Shown here: piece by piece, positions 31,113-40,043 of the stretch
How the letters are laid out: every line of letters begins with the position of its first letter
Numbering within the stretch: the stretch's first letter is position 1
Source of the DNA: Bacteroidota bacterium
Lineage (GTDB): Bacteria; Bacteroidota; Ignavibacteria; UBA10030; SZUA-254
DNA length: 64,000 nt
Reading direction: 5' to 3'
Assembly (NCBI GenBank): GCA_035524335.1
Contig: DATKPE010000029.1
Coordinates: 64,918 to 128,917 of the forward strand
Program-made: the position numbers and the translations under genes
The notes under the pieces: model-generated
The model's database searches: none
Told to the model about the DNA's origin: nothing
What the model saw: only the letters and a program-made list of their open reading frames with translations

Positions 31113-32261
31113 TCACCGTTTTGCGGGTACCGGCACCTTTTCCTTTTTGCCGTTCTTCCGCACCCGGGCTTCCTTCCGGAGGAAGGCCTTTTCCACGGGC
31201 GGAACATGGCCGACCGGCTCCTCCTCGAGATCGGGATAGGTGAAGATCTCGTATTTGAAGTTCCGGAGGATGATGTTTTTTCCCGCCCGGCCGAGCACAT
31301 ACTGGGGAAGAAGAGGAATTTTTCCGCCGCCGCCGGGGGCATCGATCACATAGGCGGGGATGGCGAGACCGGAAGTATGGCCCCGCAGTTTGTCCATGAT
31401 CTCCAGCCCTTTCGAGACCGGCGTCCGGAAATGATCGGTCCCGCGGGTGATATCGGCCTGATAGAGATAGTACGGCCTCACGCGCATCGCCAGCAGTTTG
31501 CGCACCAGTTCGAGCATGACGTTCGGATCGTCGTTCACACCCTTCATCAGAACGGCCTGATTGCCCACCGGACAGCCGGCATCGGCAAGCATCTCACACG
31601 CTCTCCTGGCTTCGGGCGTGCATTCCCAGGGATGGTTGAAGTGGGTATTGACGTAGATCGGATGATATTTTTTCAGCATCCTGCAGAGTTTCGGCGTAAT
31701 GCGCTGGGGAAGGACGCACGGCATTTTGGTGCCGAGCCGGATGATCTCCACGTGCGGAATTTCCCGCAATCCCTTGAGGATGCGTTCGAGCAGAAAATCG
31801 GTCAGCATGAGCGGATCCCCGCCCGAGAGAATGACATCCCGGATCTGGGGATGGGAGGCGATATAATCGATCCCGTCCTGGATGTACTTCATGTTGATTT
31901 TCTTCGAATCGCCGACTTTCCGTTTCCGTGTGCAGAAGCGGCAGTACATGGAGCACTGACTCGTCGTCAGGAAAAGGACGCGGTCGGGATAGCGGTGCAC
32001 GATGCTCGGCACGGGACTGTGGGAGTCTTCCGCGAGAGGGTCTTCCGGCAGGCCGCCGTCCTCCAGCTCCTGAGCGTCCGGGATGCACTGCAGCCAGATC
32101 GGATCGCCGGGGGCGCGGATAAGGCTGAGATAGTATGGATTGATGCGGATGTGGAAGAGTGAGTTGAGTTTTTCCGCCATATCCTTTTCGAAGGAAAAGC
32201 GCTCCACCAGATCCTTTGCGCTGTCGACGCTCTGCCGGAGCATTTCTTGCCAGAGTTCCAT
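31113..32261 (-). CDS. kamA: L-lysine 2,3-aminomutase (KamA-type radical SAM)
   Basis: CSMYCRFCTRKR radical-SAM motif. Block-by-block identity to Clostridium KamA recalled from memory (HRYPDRVL, HFRTPVSKG, DAPGGGGK). Lys-binding Asp equivalents retained (YQAD, VIDAPGG). C-terminal CxCxxC Zn motif absent. Confidence 0.8.
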   Translation of the reverse strand: MELWQEMLRQSVDSAKDLVERFSFEKDMAEKLNSLFHIRINPYYLSLIRAPGDPIWLQCIPDAQELEDGGLPEDPLAEDSHSPVPSIVHRYPDRVLFLTTSQCSMYCRFCTRKRKVGDSKKINMKYIQDGIDYIASHPQIRDVILSGGDPLMLTDFLLERILKGLREIPHVEIIRLGTKMPCVLPQRITPKLCRMLKKYHPIYVNTHFNHPWECTPEARRACEMLADAGCPVGNQAVLMKGVNDDPNVMLELVRKLLAMRVRPYYLYQADITRGTDHFRTPVSKGLEIMDKLRGHTSGLAIPAYVIDAPGGGGKIPLLPQYVLGRAGKNIILRNFKYEIFTYPDLEEEPVGHVPPVEKAFLRKEARVRKNGKKEKVPVPAKR

Positions 32262-32285
32262 ACTTCTGATCTACATCCTCCTTCC

Positions 32286-32789
32286 TTACAGTGAGAGATA
32301 TTTTCCGTAAACGACCAGGTCGTCTCCCGGCCGGTAATAATCCCGGATGCGTGCGACTTCCTCATACGCGTTCCGGAGGTAAAACATGCGTGTCGGCTCG
32401 TACGACGGCTGTGACGAGGTTTCGGCCACCATAAGGCGTCCGCCGGAAGCCCGCGCCGTCTCTTCGGCATGACGGAGCAGGAGTCTGCCGAGCCCCTGAT
32501 TGTGGGCCTCGGGTTTGACCGCAATCCAGTACAGGTCGAACGTACCCGCCGTCATCGGCGTCGGCCCGATGCAGTAGTATCCGACAACCTCGTTCTCCTG
32601 CCGGACCGCTGTTGCGATGATGTAATCGGTCTGGCCGGGATCGCCGAGAACGGCGTCGATCAGCTCGAGGGCCACGCGGACTTCGTCGTGCGAAAAGACG
32701 CCGGTGCCCCGCAGAATCGCCGCAAGCGGTTCCCGGTCGCGGGCCTCGAGGTTCCTGACGGTTGCTAGGATATCCGTTCCAGCGTGCAT
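32286..32789 (-). CDS. GNAT family N-acetyltransferase (candidate beta-lysine N-acetyltransferase)
   Basis: GNAT core VVGYYCIGP...LYWIAVKPEAHNQGLGRLLLRHAEE. 24 nt upstream of kamA on the same strand. Confidence 0.65.
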   Translation of the reverse strand: MHAGTDILATVRNLEARDREPLAAILRGTGVFSHDEVRVALELIDAVLGDPGQTDYIIATAVRQENEVVGYYCIGPTPMTAGTFDLYWIAVKPEAHNQGLGRLLLRHAEETARASGGRLMVAETSSQPSYEPTRMFYLRNAYEEVARIRDYYRPGDDLVVYGKYLSL

Positions 32790-33847
32790 TCGATGATCTT
32801 GCCGATCAGGTCTTCGAAGGAATATCCAAACGTCTTCGCGGAGCGGGCGAAACCCGCGTCGTCGGAGATGTCGGGATTCGGATTCACCTCAAGGATGAAC
32901 GGCTGGTGATCCTTGCTCAGCCGGAAATCGACCCGCGCATAGTCGCGGCACCCGATGACCTGGTACGCTTTCAGCGCCATCTCCTTGATCGACGCCTCCA
33001 GCGCCGGGGTCAGCGGGGCGGGACAGATTCCCCTGGTGTGCTCGTATTCGACCGTCCCCTTCATCCATTTCGCGTTATAGCTGATAATCCGGTGGAATTC
33101 CTTCGGAAGGGTCGACATGTCGATCTCGGAAATCGGAAAGGCCACCGGCTTCTTGTTCCCCATGATCGCCACGTTCAGTTCCCGGCCGTCGATATACTCC
33201 TCGACGAGGGCGGGCTGATCGAACTGCCGGAAGATATACCGCACCCGTTTCCTGAGCTCCTCCGCCGAGTTGACGATCGAATTGGAATCTATCCCGATGC
33301 TCGCGTCCTCCCGGGACGGCTTGACGATCAGCGGGTACCGGAGGTTCTCGTCGGGCACGATCTTCATCGGACTGCGGATCACCTGAAACCGCGGGGTCGG
33401 CAGGCCGTGGTAGAGCAGAATCTCCTTCACCCGGGACTTGTTCAGCGCCGTGCCAAGCGTGAGCGGGTCGGATCCGGTGTACGGGATTCCCATCAGCTCA
33501 TAGATGCCGACGGCATGCATTTCATGGATCGACTCATTGCCGACGCTTTCGCAGAGATTGAAAATCACGTCGGGCTGTTCATCCTTGAGAAAGGAGACGA
33601 ACCGGGTGATATCCCCGTCGACATTGAACAGCAGTGATTTATAGCCGAGTTGTTGGATCGCCCGGGCGATATCCTCCCGCTCCTCCAGAACGCCCACTTC
33701 GGAAAGATCGGTCAAAACCTCCGCGTCGTTGATGATCAGCTTGCTCCCCTCCTGCAGGATCCCCGCTTCCGACACGAATTTCCGGCCCGCTTTGGTCTGG
33801 ACGGTCGGTTCATTATATATTACCGCAACAGTGATTTTTTTTCTCAT
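32765..33847 (-). CDS. ATP-grasp ligase, D-Ala-D-Ala ligase / L-amino-acid-ligase family
   Basis: Ddl-like motifs GIPYTGSDPLTLG, LIVKPSREDASIG, EEYIDGRELNVAIMG, ILEVNPNPD. Confidence 0.7.
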   Translation of the reverse strand: MRKKITVAVIYNEPTVQTKAGRKFVSEAGILQEGSKLIINDAEVLTDLSEVGVLEEREDIARAIQQLGYKSLLFNVDGDITRFVSFLKDEQPDVIFNLCESVGNESIHEMHAVGIYELMGIPYTGSDPLTLGTALNKSRVKEILLYHGLPTPRFQVIRSPMKIVPDENLRYPLIVKPSREDASIGIDSNSIVNSAEELRKRVRYIFRQFDQPALVEEYIDGRELNVAIMGNKKPVAFPISEIDMSTLPKEFHRIISYNAKWMKGTVEYEHTRGICPAPLTPALEASIKEMALKAYQVIGCRDYARVDFRLSKDHQPFILEVNPNPDISDDAGFARSAKTFGYSFEDLIGKIIECTLERIS

Positions 33848-33856
33848 GAGTGATCC

Positions 33857-35023
33857 TCACGATGAGTGATGTGCGAGGGACGCCTCGGTCTGCCCGAGGC
33901 CGTACCGGTGTGCGGCAAGTGCGAGCACGGACCGGATGAGCTGATTATAGCCGATGCCGGCGGCCCGGGCCGCCTTGGGATAACAGGAATTGTCTTCGGG
34001 ATTCGGAAGAATGCCGGGGAGCGGATTGACTTCTATGATATGCGGGGTCCCCTCGCGGTCGAGGCGCAGGTCGATCCTGCTCCAGTCGCGACAGCGGAGC
34101 ACCCTGTAGGTTTCACGGCAGACTGTTTCGATGGCGGCCTGAAGCGCGGGGGAAAGACGCGCCGGGCATTCGAATATATCGAGAGGTGCGTCGGATCGGT
34201 CCCAAATCCACTTCGCCTCGTACGAATAGACAGGATTGACGCCCGCGGGGAGCGAATCGAACCGGATTTCCACCACGGGCAGAACGGTGCAGTTTTCGCC
34301 GTTGCCGAGCATCGCGACCGTGAATTCGCGGCCGCCGAGAAAATCCTCGACGAGGGCCGCCTGGCCGTATTCCTCGTGAATCCGGCCCACCTGCCCTGCC
34401 AGCTCCGCCCGCGTCCGGACAAGAGATGCGTCGAAGATCCCCTTGCTGGAACCTTCGTGCAGAGGTTTGACAAAGAGCGGAAAGCGGTCCGGCACCCGGC
34501 TGAGATCCCGGGCCGAATTTACGACCGTAAACCGGGCTGTCGGTATATTATAGTAGGAGAGAATTTCCTTTGTTCGCGATTTATCGAGGCAGATCCCCAG
34601 GGTCAGCGGATCGGAACCGGTATAGGGAATGCCGAGCATTTCGAGGAGTGCGGGAACCTGCGCTTCCCGGGAGACACCGTGGAGACCTTCTGCGATGTTG
34701 AAGACGATCTCCGGCCGTTCGGCACGCAGAAGTTCCGGCGCGTTCTCGTCGGCTTCAATCATCACCACATCGTGTGATTCCGCAAGGGCCGCCCTTACCG
34801 CTTCGATGGTTTCAGGCGTGTCCCATTCGGCGTACAGATCGTTGAGATTCAGTTTGGAAGGATGATGCGCAGTGCGCAGCGGGGTGAGAAGAGAGCCACC
34901 TCCGGATTGTTCCGGAGGATCCGTTGAATCATTCGTGCCAGATTGTTGAGTACCATCTTCCTTTTTCTGATTGTAAACAAGCCCAACTCGCATCGGAGTG
35001 ATGTTCGCAGGAAGATCGATCAA
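33857..35023 (-). CDS. ATP-grasp ligase, D-Ala-D-Ala ligase family, paralog with low-complexity N-terminal insertion
   Basis: Shares GIPYTGSDPLTLG, LFVKPLHEGSSKG, EDFLGGREFTVAMLG, IIEVNPLPG with the downstream paralog. Has about 45 aa of extra Ser/Gly/Pro/Gln-rich sequence near the N-terminus. The true start may be ATG 34993 (MRVGLVYNQKK). Confidence 0.7.
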   Translation of the reverse strand: MIDLPANITPMRVGLVYNQKKEDGTQQSGTNDSTDPPEQSGGGSLLTPLRTAHHPSKLNLNDLYAEWDTPETIEAVRAALAESHDVVMIEADENAPELLRAERPEIVFNIAEGLHGVSREAQVPALLEMLGIPYTGSDPLTLGICLDKSRTKEILSYYNIPTARFTVVNSARDLSRVPDRFPLFVKPLHEGSSKGIFDASLVRTRAELAGQVGRIHEEYGQAALVEDFLGGREFTVAMLGNGENCTVLPVVEIRFDSLPAGVNPVYSYEAKWIWDRSDAPLDIFECPARLSPALQAAIETVCRETYRVLRCRDWSRIDLRLDREGTPHIIEVNPLPGILPNPEDNSCYPKAARAAGIGYNQLIRSVLALAAHRYGLGQTEASLAHHSS

Positions 35024-35105
35024 GTAACTCGTGCAGTCCTCTCAAGTTGTTCGACATCATTGAGATCCTTCCCTTCTCTCAATGGTTAATTACGATTGCC
35101 TGAGT

Positions 35106-35133
35106 AATATAATCATTTTAACCTATTTGTCAA
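35106..35133 (-). promoter_or_regulatory. sigma70-like promoter TTGACA-N16-TATATT for the ATP-grasp/GNAT/kamA operon
   Basis: On the minus strand: TTGACA (35133..35128), 16-nt spacer, TATATT (35111..35106), in an AT-rich 208-bp intergenic region about 75-110 nt upstream of the first ATP-grasp start. Confidence 0.4.
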
Positions 35134-35231
35134 GAAAAAAATGCTCCAACGAGGGTAAAAATGACTTCGGATCTCCGGTCACCGTCCGACTTTCATCCTC
35201 CGGTATCGCGGGACCTTCAGCCATCGGATGA

Positions 35232-37466
35232 TCAGCCGACCTGCATGAGGGTCAGCGCGTCCTTCCATCTCTCCGCGAGCTGTCTCCGGAGTGAACGATG
35301 CCCGGCTTCACGGAGATGCGGATCCTCCTGCACGATCCGGAACGCCTCGGAGCGGGCGCGGGTCAGAAGCTCCCCGTCGGTCACAAGGTTGGCGATCTGA
35401 AGTTCCGGAATACCGCTCTGCCGGGTTCCGAAAAATTCACCCGGACCCCTCAATTCCAGATCAATTTCGGCAATTTTGAAGCCGTCCGTGGTCTCGACCA
35501 TCGTCGCCAGACGGCGGACCGACTTCTGCCGTTCCGCGTCCTCCCCCTCGGTGAGGCGGGAAGAGGGCGCACGCTTTACCCCCCGCGCCAGCCAATCCTC
35601 CGTCACCAGAAGACAGTACGACTGCTCCCCCCCTCTCCCGACCCGGCCTCTCAGCTGGTGCAGCTGGGAAAGGCCGAACCGTTCCGCATGCTGGATGACC
35701 ATGACGGTGGCATTCGGTATGTCGATCCCCACCTCGACCACCGTTGTCGCGACAAGAATGTTGATCTTTCCATCCTTCATCCCGGTCATGACGGTATCTT
35801 TTTCGTCTGCGGACATCTTTCCATGGAGGAGACCGACGGTGAGATCCGGAAATATTTTCGTCCTGAGTTCCTCATAGCTCTCGGTCGCGGCCCTGAGGTC
35901 GAGCTTCTCCGACTCCTCCACCAGAGGATAGATGATATAGACCTGACGGCCCGATTCGATCTCCTGCCGGATGAATTTATATACCGACTCCCGTCGTGAA
36001 TCGGGAAAAATTACCGTTTTTACAGGCTTCCGCTCCTTCGGCAGTTCGTCGATGATTGAAACATCCAGGTCTCCGTACAGCGTCAGGGAGAGTGTCCTCG
36101 GTATGGGGGTCGCGGTCATGACCAGGATATCGGGCTGGATACCGGGCATGTCCGCTCCCGCCGCCGATTTCTCGCGGAGAGCAAGCCGCTGAGCCACTCC
36201 GAAGCGGTGCTGTTCATCGATGACAATAAGGCCAAGCCGGGCGAATTCCACCTGCTCCTGAATGAGCGCATGGGTTCCGATGACGATGGAGGCTCTTCCA
36301 TTCCGCACGTCGTCCAGCACATCCTGCCGCAGGCGTTGTCGCTGGCCGCCGACCAGGAGACGCATGGTGATATCCGTTCCCCCGAGCATCGATGCGATGT
36401 TGCGGTAATGCTGTTCCGCCAGGATTTCGGTCGGCGCCATGAGCGCCGCCTGGTAGCCGTTTTCAGCCGCAATGAGCATGGCGATCAGAGCGACGACGGT
36501 TTTCCCGCTTCCGACATCCCCCTGCAGGAGGCGGTTCATCGGCTTCCCGGAAGCCATATCCGCGGTGATCTCTTTGATTACCCGCGTCTGCGCCGCGGTG
36601 AGACGGAACGGAAGACGGTCGACAAGGGCCCGCGCCAGTTTGCTCTGTACGCTGAAGACGATCCCGGGGAGTTGATCCTTCATTGCCGACCGCCTGAGGG
36701 CGAGAAGCATCTGGAGGGAAAAAAGTTCGTCGAATTTCAGACGCTCCCTCGCCCGGCCGAGGAGCAGTTCTGATTCGGGAAAATGAATATTGGCCAGCGC
36801 TTCGCGGACGCCGAGGTAACCGAGACGCCGGAGAAGCTCATCAGGAAGATGTTCCGGGACGAGATCGAGAAATTCGTCGATGACCGTCCGGAGAATCCTG
36901 CGGAGGCCTTTCACATGGAGATTGACGTCCTTCAGGTTCTCGGAGGAACCGTACTTGGGGACGATACCGGTGGTGTGCAGAAAACCGGAAGGACCTTCGT
37001 CCTCATCATCGGGGGTCAGCCGGTCGATGGAGGGATGAATGAACTGGGGTCGTCCGCGGTAGGCAGTGACTTTGCCGGAAACAGCCAGAAGGTCGCCCGG
37101 GGCGAATGCCTTCCTGAAGTAGGAGACGCTTCGGAAAAAGATGAGAGGGATCGTGCCGGAATCGTCGCCGAGAATAATGATGAGCCGCTGGCGGGGCGGG
37201 CGCCCGACCAGATCGACAGCCCTGACGGTCCCGACGGCGGTTGTCCAGCGCTCCGAGCCGATCGTGCCGGCGAGCCGGGCAACGGGAAGAGCCGAACCGA
37301 GGTCAATGTACCCGTACGGAAAATAGTAGAGGAGATCGTAGACTCTGGCAATGCCGTGCTCCTTCAGCGCCTCGGCCCGTTTCGGCCCGATGCCGCGCAC
37401 ATACTGCACGGGATCATCCAGAGAGCGGCGGTTTACGGGAGAGCTCATACGCGGGGGAATCGGCAC
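35232..37466 (-). CDS. recG: ATP-dependent DNA helicase RecG
   Basis: 744 aa; wedge domain then DEAD-box helicase motifs (GDVGSGKT, DEQHRFG); N-terminal HhH GIGPKRAEAL. Confidence 0.85.
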   Translation of the reverse strand: MPIPPRMSSPVNRRSLDDPVQYVRGIGPKRAEALKEHGIARVYDLLYYFPYGYIDLGSALPVARLAGTIGSERWTTAVGTVRAVDLVGRPPRQRLIIILGDDSGTIPLIFFRSVSYFRKAFAPGDLLAVSGKVTAYRGRPQFIHPSIDRLTPDDEDEGPSGFLHTTGIVPKYGSSENLKDVNLHVKGLRRILRTVIDEFLDLVPEHLPDELLRRLGYLGVREALANIHFPESELLLGRARERLKFDELFSLQMLLALRRSAMKDQLPGIVFSVQSKLARALVDRLPFRLTAAQTRVIKEITADMASGKPMNRLLQGDVGSGKTVVALIAMLIAAENGYQAALMAPTEILAEQHYRNIASMLGGTDITMRLLVGGQRQRLRQDVLDDVRNGRASIVIGTHALIQEQVEFARLGLIVIDEQHRFGVAQRLALREKSAAGADMPGIQPDILVMTATPIPRTLSLTLYGDLDVSIIDELPKERKPVKTVIFPDSRRESVYKFIRQEIESGRQVYIIYPLVEESEKLDLRAATESYEELRTKIFPDLTVGLLHGKMSADEKDTVMTGMKDGKINILVATTVVEVGIDIPNATVMVIQHAERFGLSQLHQLRGRVGRGGEQSYCLLVTEDWLARGVKRAPSSRLTEGEDAERQKSVRRLATMVETTDGFKIAEIDLELRGPGEFFGTRQSGIPELQIANLVTDGELLTRARSEAFRIVQEDPHLREAGHRSLRRQLAERWKDALTLMQVG

Positions 37467-37522
37467 ACCACACCGGGGGAAGGAGTCATTGCGGACCGGT
37501 CAGGCGGAGGAGGCCGGGCTGT

Positions 37523-38521
37523 TCAGATTTCCCCCTTTGCGTCGCGCGTCATCAGGTCGGACGTCGCGATAATCGGATCCTTGTCCTCGAACAGCACCTG
37601 GTACACCTCATTCACGATGGGAAGCTCGACGTGCAGTTTACGACCGAGGTCATAGACCGATTTTGTCGTTGCGACTCCTTCGGCAACCATGACCATTTCT
37701 CCGAGGATGTCCTGGAGTCTCCGTCCGCGGCCAATTTCCTCTCCGACGTGGCGGTTCCGGGAATGCCTGCTCATGCAGGTGACGATAAGGTCGCCGATCC
37801 CCGAAAGTCCGGCAAATGTGTGAGGCTGGGCGCCCATGGATCGCCCGAGGCGGGAGATTTCCGCCGTCGCGCGGGTCATGATCGCGGCTTTCGTATTGTC
37901 GCCGAAGCCCGCCCCGTCCGCGATTCCCGCCCCGATCGCAATGACGTTTTTAATGGAGCCGGCGAGTTCGACGCCGCGGATATCGTCGCTCGAATAGACG
38001 CGGAAATAGGGTGTCATGAAAACCTGCTGGGCGACGCGGGCGGCGTCGAGGCTCTCCGAGGCCGCCACGACGGCTGTCGGCACCTGCCGGGCCACCTCTT
38101 CAGCGAACGAAGGCCCCGACAGCGTCACAACACGAACCGGTGAGATCGTCGGCAGAACCGCCCGCAGAACCTCCGAGACGGTCAGGAGGGAGGTGTTCTC
38201 GATCCCCTTTGCGACGTTGACGAAAAACGTATGCCGGAAATCGTGTCCCTCCAGCTGTGCCGCGACAGAGCGGACGAACTGCGCCGGGATGGCGGTCACC
38301 ACGAGGTCCGCCCCTTCGACGGCGGCGAACAGATCGCTCGTGACGGTCACTTCCTCCGGGATCCTGATGCCGGGGAGAAGGCGGACATTTTCGCGCGACG
38401 CCGCGAGCGCACGCGCGTGGTCGTCCCGGTGGGCCCAGAGGGTGACATCGTGAACATTATAGTTGAGGAGAACGGCGAGGGTGGTTCCCCAACTGCCCGC
38501 GCCGAGCACTGTTATATGCAT
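37523..38521 (-). CDS. gpsA: NAD(P)H-dependent glycerol-3-phosphate dehydrogenase
   Basis: MHITVLGAGSWGTTLAVLL Rossmann motif. Adjacent to plsY. Confidence 0.85.
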   Translation of the reverse strand: MHITVLGAGSWGTTLAVLLNYNVHDVTLWAHRDDHARALAASRENVRLLPGIRIPEEVTVTSDLFAAVEGADLVVTAIPAQFVRSVAAQLEGHDFRHTFFVNVAKGIENTSLLTVSEVLRAVLPTISPVRVVTLSGPSFAEEVARQVPTAVVAASESLDAARVAQQVFMTPYFRVYSSDDIRGVELAGSIKNVIAIGAGIADGAGFGDNTKAAIMTRATAEISRLGRSMGAQPHTFAGLSGIGDLIVTCMSRHSRNRHVGEEIGRGRRLQDILGEMVMVAEGVATTKSVYDLGRKLHVELPIVNEVYQVLFEDKDPIIATSDLMTRDAKGEI

Positions 38522-38575
38522 GCAGAACCTTCAGGAGAGCGTGAGCCCCCGGGGGAGCGGCCGTCGCCCGGGATC

Positions 38576-39241
38576 TTATTCCGGCAGGCGGATTTTGGTG
38601 AACCGGTGTTCCGTCCCATCGAGGAGCCGGCGGATATTCGCCCGATGCGTATACAGAAGAAGCAGGCTGATGCCGATGCTGAAGAAAATGAGCGTGTGGT
38701 ACCCCTGCAGTTCGCCATGAAAGACATTGTGACGGAGACACATGGTCAGGGGAAAAGCGACGGCGGCGCTGATCGAGCCGAGCGAGATATACCGGAAGAG
38801 CAGGACCACGATGGAAAAGACGCCGAGCGCGATCAGGGCCTCGATCGTCGCGAGACCGAGGAGCACCCCGCCTGCAGTCGCGATGCCTTTCCCGCCCCGG
38901 AACCCCCCGAAGGCAGTCCAGACATGCCCCAGGATCGCCATACAGCCCGCAATGATCCTGATGAGCGTCACGTCGGTGAACGGTGTCGCGTTGGTGAAGG
39001 GAAAGGGGCCGTACATCAGTTTGGTCACTATCATCGTCGCGATATATCCCTTGAGGATATCGATGGCGATGACGAAAATGCCCATCCGGTATCCAAGTAC
39101 CCGCATGACATTCGTTCCGCCGGCATTGCCGCTGCCGTGCTCCCGGATATCGAGACCGCGCACAATTTTCGTGATGATGATGCTTGTCGGAAACGATCCC
39201 ACCAGGTAGCTAAGAACGACCACGAGTGCCAGAGGCATCAT
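38576..39241 (-). CDS. plsY: glycerol-3-phosphate acyltransferase PlsY
   Basis: GSGNAGGTNVMRVLG signature; 5-6 TM helices. Confidence 0.85.
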   Translation of the reverse strand: MMPLALVVVLSYLVGSFPTSIIITKIVRGLDIREHGSGNAGGTNVMRVLGYRMGIFVIAIDILKGYIATMIVTKLMYGPFPFTNATPFTDVTLIRIIAGCMAILGHVWTAFGGFRGGKGIATAGGVLLGLATIEALIALGVFSIVVLLFRYISLGSISAAVAFPLTMCLRHNVFHGELQGYHTLIFFSIGISLLLLYTHRANIRRLLDGTEHRFTKIRLPE

Positions 39242-39312
39242 ATCTCATCCCGATGATAGTTCGAAAAATGACTACAGCCATCCATGTAAAGATACAAAAT
39301 TGCCGGAAAGAA

Positions 39313-40038
39313 TCAAGAATCGCATGATTCGCACCCGGACCGCGTCCGGCAGATGATTTCAGCCAGTTCCAGGTCCTCGGGGGTCGTTACCTTGATGTTT
39401 TCGTAATTTCCTTCGACAATTTTCACCTTCCCGCCCGCCGATTCCACGAGAGATGCGTCATCCGTCGCCGCCCTCTGTTCCGCGGCCGCCTTCCGGTATG
39501 CCTCGAATATAACCTGAAAACGAAACCCCTGCGGCGTCTGCACCGCACGGAGCTCATCCCTGGGGAGCGTTCCCCGGACGAAAAGGTCTTCCGAGGCGAT
39601 TTTGACCGTCTCCTTGGGGATCATGGCCGGCACGGCGGCGCCGAAAAGGGCCGCCGCATCCAGGACACGCTGAACCGTGCCGCCATCCGGAAAGGGCCGG
39701 ACGGCGTCATGGATCAGGACAAGTTCGGGAGGATCGGCGGCAAAAAATTTCAGCCCATTGTAGACGGAATCCTGCCGTTCGGCCCCCCCTCCGACGACCG
39801 CGACGATCTTCGACAGGCCGAACCGGCGGAAGATCGTTTCCATTTCCCCGGTCAGATCGGCCGGAGCGGCGACGACGATCCGGCCGACCGCCGGCAATTC
39901 CTGGAAAAAACCTAGCGCATGCACCAGGAGCGGTTTGCCCGCCAGATCCATGAGCTGTTTCGGCGTCCCGGCGCCGAGGCGTACCCCTTTCCCCGCCGCC
40001 GGAACGATCACGCCGACCGTGTTGTGTCCGGAAGACAT
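39313..40038 (-). CDS. ispD: 2-C-methyl-D-erythritol 4-phosphate cytidylyltransferase
   Basis: VGVIVPAAGKGVRLG...PKQL. Start set to ATG 40038. Confidence 0.8.
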   Translation of the reverse strand: MSSGHNTVGVIVPAAGKGVRLGAGTPKQLMDLAGKPLLVHALGFFQELPAVGRIVVAAPADLTGEMETIFRRFGLSKIVAVVGGGAERQDSVYNGLKFFAADPPELVLIHDAVRPFPDGGTVQRVLDAAALFGAAVPAMIPKETVKIASEDLFVRGTLPRDELRAVQTPQGFRFQVIFEAYRKAAAEQRAATDDASLVESAGGKVKIVEGNYENIKVTTPEDLELAEIICRTRSGCESCDS

Positions 40039-40043
40039 GACAC

